Virus record (IMG/VR): IMGVR_UViG_3300035562_000044
Span: 1-41,922 of that record
Reading direction: 5' to 3' (one strand)
DNA from: a virus
Lineage: Duplodnaviria > Caudoviricetes
Length of the DNA: 41,922 nt
The notes under the pieces are model-generated. The model was given only the letters and a program-made list of their open reading frames with translations, searched no databases and was not told the DNA's origin. A program made the position numbers and the translations under genes. Below, in pieces: positions 35,662-41,922 of the stretch; within the stretch, counting starts at the first letter, position 1; every line of letters starts with the position of its first letter.

Positions 35662-36559
35662 CGTAACAGTTAATTCTTACTTCTGCGGTGCTGGCCTGAT
35701 GGATATCGGCTTAATGGCCGCAGGCATCAAAGTTAACCAGGCTTTCGAACTGGATGCCGATGCCTGCAAAACCTACCGGTACAACCTCGGCGATCACGTT
35801 AAGCAGTGTGATATCAGCCAGGAGTTGGTATTCGAACAGGGAGCCAGCGATGGGATGGTGTTCACATACCCTTGCACCAAGTACAGCGCTATCGGAGACA
35901 TTCACGGTGTGCGTACCGGTGATGACTTGTTCCTGCATGCCCTACGCCACTTCGCGCTGGCGCAGCCTGAGTTCTACGTGATCGAGAACGTGCCTGGCAT
36001 GAGGGCCTTCCCCGTCGTAATGGAGGCAATGACCCGCATGCCTGATTACTTCATTCAAGTGTTCTGCCCGATAAAGTCAGAAACGTGGCTGCCGCAGAAG
36101 AGAAGCCGCCTGATTATCATCGGCACACGTCGCACCTTTGCTGTTCGTCCGCCGGAGAATTCAGCACGCATACCGCTGTCAGCCATTTTGGAAGATGACC
36201 CGCAGGTGACACTGCCGTCTGCAATTGCTAATCGCATGGCCGGGAAGTACCGCGACATGCCAATCATAAGTGACCCGGCGGCCGGTGACATTGCGCCTAC
36301 CTGCGTGGCTCATTACGCGAAAGACAAGAGCACCCGGCTAGTAGTTGATAAACGCTTCCCGCTTGGTGTGCGGCCCTACTCCAAGCGTGAGTATGCGCGT
36401 CTTCAGGGAGTTCCTGACTGGTTCCACTTCCCTGTATCAGATACCGCAGCGTACAAGCAGATAGGGAACGGCGTAAGTGTGCAGGTTGGTATGTGGATTG
36501 GCGCGGAGATGATCCGGTACATGGGACAGCGCAGAGGTGCCCAGCATGATCGCCGCTAA
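35648..36559 (+). CDS. DNA cytosine-5 methyltransferase
   Basis: Motif I FCGAG, IV YPC, VI ENV, VIII QKRSR, IX REYARLQG, X QIGNGV. Confidence 0.94.
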   Translation: MPANNVTVNSYFCGAGLMDIGLMAAGIKVNQAFELDADACKTYRYNLGDHVKQCDISQELVFEQGASDGMVFTYPCTKYSAIGDIHGVRTGDDLFLHALRHFALAQPEFYVIENVPGMRAFPVVMEAMTRMPDYFIQVFCPIKSETWLPQKRSRLIIIGTRRTFAVRPPENSARIPLSAILEDDPQVTLPSAIANRMAGKYRDMPIISDPAAGDIAPTCVAHYAKDKSTRLVVDKRFPLGVRPYSKREYARLQGVPDWFHFPVSDTAAYKQIGNGVSVQVGMWIGAEMIRYMGQRRGAQHDRR

Positions 36560-36758
36560 CTACACGGCGCATCTGTATTGCGACTGTGCAGAGTGCGCTG
36601 ATCAATCATGGAAGATGCCAGTGAATTCCGAGTTTATTGGAAACTCATGGTCTCAATGCGCCAAAGAGGCTCGGTCAGAAGGCTGGCGCATCAGCGCAGA
36701 CCGTCAACGCTGCTATGCACCAGGACACATAATTAAACGGGAGGCCCAGCATGGCTAA
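36546..36758 (+). CDS. Hypothetical Cys-containing protein
   Basis: GAGG RBS; LYCDC..C...GW...C; overlaps neighbours. Confidence 0.7.
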   Translation: MIAANYTAHLYCDCAECADQSWKMPVNSEFIGNSWSQCAKEARSEGWRISADRQRCYAPGHIIKREAQHG

Positions 36759-36942
36759 GCGCAAGAGCAGCGAAACAATCCCATATCGCGATCCAAATTG
36801 GCCAAAGTGCCATTTCAAAACAATGACGCTGCATGAGTCTGATTCAGACATGAGCGGCAATAGTGATGGTTTTCAGTGTGACTACTGCGGCCATGAAATT
36901 GGACTGGTTGAATGGCACGAAGCCCAGGAGAAAGCATCATGA
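36751..36942 (+). CDS. Hypothetical zinc-ribbon protein
   Basis: GGAGG RBS; PKCH...CDYCGH. Confidence 0.7.
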   Translation: MAKRKSSETIPYRDPNWPKCHFKTMTLHESDSDMSGNSDGFQCDYCGHEIGLVEWHEAQEKAS

Positions 36943-37229
36943 GCATCGTTAATGACTCGCACCTGACTGATGAGTTGATTAATAAAGCATTTGAAGGGAC
37001 TAACTTCGGGCGCACTGACTTCCGAACCATTCTTGCAGAAACGGTCATGAAGCGCGCAGCTGGTTATCACTCGGGCTGGACAGCAACAACAATTTGCACT
37101 CGCCTTGGGTTACTTGGTGGGCAGGAAAGACCGACGAAGCTTGGCCTAACATTCTCATTCCATCACTACTACAAGCCGAGCGTTCGCCAGGCGTTAATGC
37201 CTAAACAGGAGCTGACTGATGGACAATAA
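36939..37229 (+). CDS. Hypothetical protein
   Basis: AGGAG RBS, ATGA-coupled; FEGTNFG...GYHSG. Confidence 0.75.
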   Translation: MSIVNDSHLTDELINKAFEGTNFGRTDFRTILAETVMKRAAGYHSGWTATTICTRLGLLGGQERPTKLGLTFSFHHYYKPSVRQALMPKQELTDGQ

Positions 37230-37668
37230 GCTGAGCGAACTGAGCAAGCCTTTTGCGTGGGCATTCAAAGACGCCAACGACGTTGATCACGCATCGATAA
37301 CCAAAAAAGCCAATCTGTATGGTCGTCACGATTTCCAGCCACTCTACTCGCAAGAGTACGTATCCGCCCTGCAGCACGAATCCGCGGTTAACTGGGAAGC
37401 TGCGACATCACTGGTTGCAGAGAACGAGGAACTAAAGCGGGCCTTGGAAGTGAAGGATAAGCGCATAGCCACTCAGGACGACTACATCAATCAGCAGCAG
37501 GACAGAATCGAATCGCTGGAGAAGAAAAACGGCGACCTCGGCAAAGCACTTGGCACAGCAGAAAAGCGGCTGGCTACGCCGGTGCGTTTGAGCGAGTCAA
37601 CAGTAATGAGTCGTCGCTACGTTGTGGCAGCAATAGAGAAAGCGGGCTTCACAGTGGGGGATGAGTAG
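37219..37668 (+). CDS. Ead/Ea22-like coiled-coil early protein
   Basis: PLYSQEYV, coiled coil, AEKRL.TPVRL, AAI..AG..V; position before xis. Confidence 0.65.
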   Translation: MDNKLSELSKPFAWAFKDANDVDHASITKKANLYGRHDFQPLYSQEYVSALQHESAVNWEAATSLVAENEELKRALEVKDKRIATQDDYINQQQDRIESLEKKNGDLGKALGTAEKRLATPVRLSESTVMSRRYVVAAIEKAGFTVGDE

Positions 37669-37887
37669 ATGATATTTGCAACACGTAAGCCACCAAAGCC
37701 ATCCGCAATTGCCCACAAATACCTATTTGCTCGCGCATTCTTCAAAAACGTTCGCCCCGGCGTTGAGATAGGCGTCATCGCTGGCCGTCAGCAGGTGCGA
37801 AATTACATGTCAGGTGCATGGTGGAACAATGACCCGGTTAAAGCTGCCGGGAATATTCATCGCAATTGGGGAGGGGTTGGGGCATGA
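37669..37887 (+). CDS. Hypothetical protein
   Basis: Abuts neighbours in operon. Confidence 0.65.
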   Translation: MIFATRKPPKPSAIAHKYLFARAFFKNVRPGVEIGVIAGRQQVRNYMSGAWWNNDPVKAAGNIHRNWGGVGA

Positions 37888-38369
37888 CACAGACACTTAC
37901 GGCTCAGGCGATGCAGGAAATTTATGAAGCTGCAGTGCACGCAGAAGCTACAGGCGATGACCAGGATGCATGCTTCGAATTGCTCTGCAAACTGGAAGAT
38001 ATTGGCGGTACAGGCGCAACAATCCGCAAGCTGATCGACATGGTACGGGCGGATAACCGGGAGGCGAAGCCTGTGGGGTTCTATACCACTGTATCTGGCC
38101 GAGGAGGTGTGGTTTGGCATAACGGTGCGCCTGCAGATGACACCGCCATTTACACCGCCCCGCCAGCGCCAGTTGTAAACCCAGAGCTTACACGTGCGCC
38201 GGAGGTGGATGAACAAGTCTTACTCGAACAGTTTAAGCAATGGTGGTCCAGCAAGGAGCGGGGCTTCACGATTATTAACGCAGACCTCCAGAAAGAGCTG
38301 CAATGGGAAGCTTGGCAAGACTGCCGCGCCACAATGTTGGCAGCAGCACCAGGTGGTGCCAATGGCTAA
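37884..38369 (+). CDS. Eaa-like hypothetical early protein
   Basis: KPVG...IYTAPPAPVV...AWQDCRATMLAAAP mosaic motifs of lambdoid Ea proteins. Confidence 0.7.
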   Translation: MTQTLTAQAMQEIYEAAVHAEATGDDQDACFELLCKLEDIGGTGATIRKLIDMVRADNREAKPVGFYTTVSGRGGVVWHNGAPADDTAIYTAPPAPVVNPELTRAPEVDEQVLLEQFKQWWSSKERGFTIINADLQKELQWEAWQDCRATMLAAAPGGANG

Positions 38370-38700
38370 GACGGATGCAGAACGCAAAGCCGCTCAACGA
38401 GCCCGTCAGCGTAAAGGCGGGATCGTCATACGTGAGCTGCAGTTGGAACCAGAGGAAGAACAGATGGCGCAGGTTCTTTTGTCAGGTCTGCGCCCTGGCC
38501 GAGAGCCTTACGAATTCAACGAGGTTGTCGGGATGCTAATCCGCCGGTGCCATGCTGAGTATCAGCAGACTTTAGCCCACCAGCAGAAGCGATCATGTAA
38601 GAAATGCGGCGATCAATTGCCGGTTACCGAGTGCCCTTGCGTTGGTGAGTCAGCATGCTGGCTTACCCTTGGGTGGCACGAAACTAAATTAACGGTGTGA
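38362..38700 (+). CDS. Hypothetical phage protein (MAKT.AERKAAQRARQ family, C-terminal Cys cluster)
   Basis: RPGREPY, CKKCGDQLP...CPC.GESACW. Confidence 0.8.
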   Translation: MAKTDAERKAAQRARQRKGGIVIRELQLEPEEEQMAQVLLSGLRPGREPYEFNEVVGMLIRRCHAEYQQTLAHQQKRSCKKCGDQLPVTECPCVGESACWLTLGWHETKLTV

Positions 38701-38756
38701 CATGTCACAATTGAATTAATGCCCGTATGCGGCGGGCTTAACGTGTGGAGATAACC

Positions 38757-39020
38757 ATGAAATCAATAACGCTGACAGAGTGGGCCGAAAGCAAATTCAG
38801 CCAGCCATATAAAAAGGGGACGCTTTGGATGTGGGCCAGAACGGGACGCATATACCCACCGCCGAAAAAAATCGGGCGGAATTGGTGGGTAAACCCAGGC
38901 GCGGAATATGTGAACCCTCACAACCCCAAAGACGTGGCTCAGAAGGCTAAGCCCATCAGCGAATTTAATTTAGTGGAGCGTATAAAACATGGCTGCAAGA
39001 CCGAGAATCAAAAAGCATAA
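38757..39020 (+). CDS. xis: Excisionase
   Basis: ITLTEWA...TL..WAR.GRIYPPP.KIGR.W.V...AEY; overlaps int start. Confidence 0.9.
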   Translation: MKSITLTEWAESKFSQPYKKGTLWMWARTGRIYPPPKKIGRNWWVNPGAEYVNPHNPKDVAQKAKPISEFNLVERIKHGCKTENQKA

Positions 39021-40071
39021 AGACCTGCCACCCAATCTCTATGAAAGTGGCGGCAATTATCAGTGGCGCGATCCTCGGGATGGGAAGCGTTACGGGCTTG
39101 GCAATGACAAAACGTCAGCCATTAATGAAGCCGTTGAGGCTAACATACTGATATATAGTATGCAGAATAAAGTCAGGCTTGCTGACCGATTGCAAGGTGC
39201 TGACGTTTTGACCCTCGGCGGCCACCTGGATCAGTATTTTTTGATCCTTAAAAAGCGCGGGTTAGCCGCTGCCACTCTCCGGCAACGTGGCCTGCAGATT
39301 GGCTATATCAAAGAGAGAATGGGTGATCTTCTACTGTCTCGCGTTACAACCAAAGATATCGCTGAAATGATGGAGGTCTATACCGAACAGGGGAAGAAAG
39401 CTACTGCGGGGAAGATGCGGCAGATCCTTAACGATGCATTCAATGAAGCGATCGCTACTGGCCATTTGAAAGAGAACCCAGTAACCCCCACGAAGGCACC
39501 GGCAAACAAAGTTAAACGCAGCAGGTTATTACTTAGCGAGTATCGCCAAATATTGGGAGAAACCAGCAGCAGTGAGCCTTGGGTTAAAAACATGTTTGAC
39601 CTGGCGCTTGTGACCGGCCAGAGGCGGGAAGACTTGGCAGAAATGAAATTCAAGGATATCCATGATGGTTTTTTGTGGGTAACCCAGATCAAAACTGGGG
39701 CCAGAGTTTCTTTGCCTCTGAGCCTGTCAATTCCTGAAGAGGGTTTGATACTTGAAGAAGTTATTTCGAGGTGTCGCGCCTCTGGTGTCGTAAGCAAATA
39801 TTTACTGCATACAACCAGGGGAGCTACAAAAGGCAGCGGATTTAAGCCAGGAACATTATCAAAGGGATTCAGTACAGCGAGGGATAAAACGGGCCTTAGT
39901 TGGTCCGGTACTGAGCCAAGTCTCCATGAGATTAGAAGCCTTTCAACTCGTCTGTATACTGACCTTTACGGTAAAGAGGTGGCTCAAGCTATCATGGGAC
40001 ACAAAACAGCAGCCATGACTGATCTATATCGGGATACAAGAGGGAGTGATTGGATTAAGGTTAAATGTTAA
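38989..40071 (+). CDS. int: Lambda-type tyrosine integrase
   Basis: Arm-binding N-domain LPPNLY...YQWRDPRDGK; TGQRRED (R), KTG (K), HEIR (HxxR), MGH, terminal Y. Confidence 0.96.
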   Translation: MAARPRIKKHKDLPPNLYESGGNYQWRDPRDGKRYGLGNDKTSAINEAVEANILIYSMQNKVRLADRLQGADVLTLGGHLDQYFLILKKRGLAAATLRQRGLQIGYIKERMGDLLLSRVTTKDIAEMMEVYTEQGKKATAGKMRQILNDAFNEAIATGHLKENPVTPTKAPANKVKRSRLLLSEYRQILGETSSSEPWVKNMFDLALVTGQRREDLAEMKFKDIHDGFLWVTQIKTGARVSLPLSLSIPEEGLILEEVISRCRASGVVSKYLLHTTRGATKGSGFKPGTLSKGFSTARDKTGLSWSGTEPSLHEIRSLSTRLYTDLYGKEVAQAIMGHKTAAMTDLYRDTRGSDWIKVKC

Positions 40072-40077
40072 CAAGCG

Positions 40078-40110
40078 ATGTAACAGTCCTAATAAAATGG
40101 ACTGTTACAT
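40078..40110. terminator. Perfect 12-bp inverted repeat between convergent int and chaperone genes
   Basis: ATGTAACAGTCC-9 nt-GGACTGTTACAT. Confidence 0.65.
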
Positions 40111-40112
40111 AA

Positions 40113-40520
40113 TTATTCATTTCCCGACAATGCTTCCTGTTGTTTTTGTTTTGAAAGCTCAACAAAATTAACAGCAGGCAGCGCTATCGAATCTAATCCT
40201 GCATTTAACAGAACAGTAGCAACAAAGGCCCTCAAATAAGGGTATGCTATGGCAGGTGCATTCATTGTTGTAAAATGAGAACTTAAAAATTCCGCAGTGA
40301 GGTTCTGAGCTGATTTAAATAGAAAATGATGTTCTAAGTTTAAATCAAAACCATTTTTTGATTCCAAATGAAAATCAAAAGCAATCACGAACTCTCTTTT
40401 TTTATCGGCGCTATGCAAGCAACGATATTGAAAATTAAATTTGTTTTTTGATGTTGTCGTTTTATCAATATTATTAATTGATAGAGACTCAACTCTATTA
40501 GAGTGAAGTGTAAACTTCAT
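40113..40520 (-). CDS. SecB-like chaperone (CmdC-like)
   Basis: NAPAIAYPYLRAFVATV...AG...LPAVNF is the SecB-fold C-terminal signature; 135 aa. Confidence 0.88.
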   Translation of the reverse strand: MKFTLHSNRVESLSINNIDKTTTSKNKFNFQYRCLHSADKKREFVIAFDFHLESKNGFDLNLEHHFLFKSAQNLTAEFLSSHFTTMNAPAIAYPYLRAFVATVLLNAGLDSIALPAVNFVELSKQKQQEALSGNE

Positions 40521-40524
40521 TTAA

Positions 40525-40872
40525 TTATGCCGCCTGGCTCATTGAAAGTTGCCAATCTGTATTACAACTAATTAAAGATGATGATAAATCAATATTATAT
40601 AAGCCACAAGACGCCGCATTACGCGGCGTGGCAGAAAACATCATGACTGATTCAGGCGAGTCTACCCATTCAGTACTATGCTCAGACTCAGCAACAAAAG
40701 AACCATGCTTTTTATGAGCTTCGCTTACTTGAGATAAAATGCCATGAACGCCCTTAAAAGCATCAGGATCATCCTCAACTAACCCATATTCTTCCATTTT
40801 CCGCATCAGTTCCGAAGGATCTGCTGCCTTAATAGATGAAAGTGTTTCAGCAAGCCATTTTTCTATGTTCAT
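40525..40872 (-). CDS. Putative chaperone-addicted antitoxin (CmdA-like)
   Basis: Middle gene of toxin-X-SecB operon; helical N-terminus, low-complexity C-half with spaced aromatics, ends in -AA. Confidence 0.72.
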   Translation of the reverse strand: MNIEKWLAETLSSIKAADPSELMRKMEEYGLVEDDPDAFKGVHGILSQVSEAHKKHGSFVAESEHSTEWVDSPESVMMFSATPRNAASCGLYNIDLSSSLISCNTDWQLSMSQAA

Positions 40873-41438
40873 GTTACTCTCCGTCTATCAACTGCATAAC
40901 CGATCTGCAGTATAGATTTTACAGGATCCTTCAGACACAAAATTCTGCAGTTTGATACACCCCCATCAAAACCGAAATCCATCTCATCATCGGTCGTCTT
41001 GATGTACTCTCTGCGAATCAACGCGTCAACTCCATGTTCATGCATAACAAAATTGCAAAAATTACATTTCTCAATGAGGCGGTTTCCTGAAGGCCTCTTG
41101 CCTTGTTGCTTCATGATGCCCATGTAATGTCTACGAATTTCATTCAAAGCTGCTATGTGTTCAGTGTTATCTAGATCCAGGTATACTGGCGTGCTTATGT
41201 GAGCTTCAAGAACACTATAGAAAGTATAGCGAGGTTTGGCAGAACGTGCTCTTGACACTGCCCAAGAACTAGCCTTCTCAAGAGGAGCTTCTACCCCATC
41301 GCCTTCAACGAAGAAGTACGCACCTGACCCAAGCCAGTCATCTGCTGCTGCGCTAACTTTAAAAGTTGAACTTAAGATTTGACCCGCACTAAGTACACTA
41401 GTTCCATGGAACCCCAACCAAAGGGTAGTCTGGCTCAT
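40869..41438 (-). CDS. ADP-ribosyltransferase-fold toxin (CmdT-like)
   Basis: GFHGT (His11) and WLGSGAYF (Tyr41) NAD-binding motifs, A..WA helix, LDL; ATGA-coupled to next gene. Confidence 0.8.
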   Translation of the reverse strand: MSQTTLWLGFHGTSVLSAGQILSSTFKVSAAADDWLGSGAYFFVEGDGVEAPLEKASSWAVSRARSAKPRYTFYSVLEAHISTPVYLDLDNTEHIAALNEIRRHYMGIMKQQGKRPSGNRLIEKCNFCNFVMHEHGVDALIRREYIKTTDDEMDFGFDGGVSNCRILCLKDPVKSILQIGYAVDRRRVT

Positions 41439-41506
41439 CTAGTTCTTCAGCATTTCTTGTTTTAATCAAGGGTACTAAGCTGCGGGTACCCACCAAATTA
41501 TGACAA

Positions 41507-41535
41507 ATATTATAGTTGCCCCCTTTCTTTTGCAA
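41507..41535 (-). promoter_or_regulatory. Putative sigma70 promoter of the toxin-antitoxin-chaperone operon
   Basis: TTGCAA-17-TAATAT (overlapping TATAAT at 15 bp), about 70 nt upstream of toxin ATG. Confidence 0.55.
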
Positions 41536-41745
41536 GGAAGAAAGGATGAAAATTCATCGTCTTTATCATGAATTCTACTAAAACAGCTCAAACGTTACCT
41601 GCACCACTGAGACATCGCCGTACTCAACCAGTAAGTCGGTGCCAAGATAAATCAAGTACCGCCGAGATTCTGAAATCCTCCCCCTGTCATAGGCTCCGTT
41701 TAAGTAAGCCATTATCTTTAGGGGGTAAACATGCCTAACCAATAA

Positions 41746-41754
41746 TGTTATAAT
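41746..41754 (+). promoter_or_regulatory. Outward-facing extended -10 promoter (TGtTATAAT) upstream of lipA
   Basis: Perfect TGnTATAAT 100 nt before the lipA ATG, inside phage DNA. Confidence 0.6.
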
Positions 41755-41780
41755 TTTATAAATGAATTACTAGTATTTTA

Positions 41781-41811
41781 CGTTAACAATCTAATCAATT
41801 GATAGTTAACG
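41781..41811. promoter_or_regulatory. IHF consensus site within an inverted repeat in the right att arm
   Basis: Minus strand TATCAATTGATTA (41792-41804) matches WATCAANNNNTTR; flanked by CGTTAAC/GTTAACG. Confidence 0.55.
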
Positions 41812-41824
41812 CTAATTTAGAGCA

Positions 41825-41843
41825 TCGAGCTTCGTAACTGGAA
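41825..41843 (+). repeat. Right att core TCGAGCTTCGTAACTGGAA
   Basis: Identical to 202-220; followed by the displaced native lipB end (N-L-H-D-Y-E-stop at 41860-41862). Confidence 0.95.
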
Positions 41844-41854
41844 CCTGCACGATT

Positions 41855-41922
41855 ATGAGTAAACCAATTCAGATGGAACGCGGCGTCAAATACCGCGATG
41901 CAGACAAAATGGCGTTGATCCC
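41855..41922 (+). CDS. lipA: Lipoyl synthase LipA, 5' part
   Basis: [22 protein letters not shown], the enterobacterial LipA N-terminus. Confidence 0.96.
   Translation, partial: MSKPIQMERGVKYRDADKMALI

Larger units (their letters stand above)
202..41843. mobile_element. Complete temperate prophage (lambdoid head and control, P2-like contractile tail), excised size about 41,623 bp
   Basis: 19-bp direct repeats at both ends, integrase/excisionase, and full head, tail, lysis, replication and immunity modules with no obvious broken essential ORF. Confidence 0.95.

Noticed and set aside
38696-38709. CRP site
   Set aside because: TGTGA and TCACA are separated by 4 bp, not the 6 bp CRP requires
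40869-41438. Claiming the TAC cassette as a wholly new system
   Set aside because: Gene order and motifs match the described CmdTAC class; novelty is limited to this variant's trigger, target and context

Overview
The window is one complete, apparently intact temperate prophage of about 41.6 kb (direct-repeat att cores at 202-220 and 41825-41843). It is inserted in the last codons of the host lipB gene, immediately upstream of lipA, in an enterobacterial host (possibly Serratia-like; inference). It is a mosaic: lambdoid control, replication and lysis (CI/Cro, Q, dual-start holin, GH24 endolysin, spanins, lambda-type Int/Xis), lambda-type cos/terminase/portal with a ClpP-major capsid fusion, and a P2-like contractile tail. 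Main points of interest: (1) a three-gene ADP-ribosyltransferase toxin / antitoxin / SecB-like chaperone cassette (CmdTAC-like anti-phage defence) between int and attR; (2) an integration that supplies LipB with a same-length look-alike C-terminus and places a perfect extended -10 promoter upstream of the uncoupled lipA; (3) a P22-c2-like repressor lacking both the Ala-Gly cleavage site and the catalytic Ser; (4) a pL leader with no N gene and many RNA stem-loops with long-range complementarity; (5) a second receptor-binding module with a lambda-Stf-type anchor, an SGNH esterase and a partner protein; (6) three DNA methyltransferases of three families. All protein calls are from motif recognition by eye; no database searches were run. 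Where start codons differ from the ORF track they were re-picked from RBS and gene-overlap evidence.
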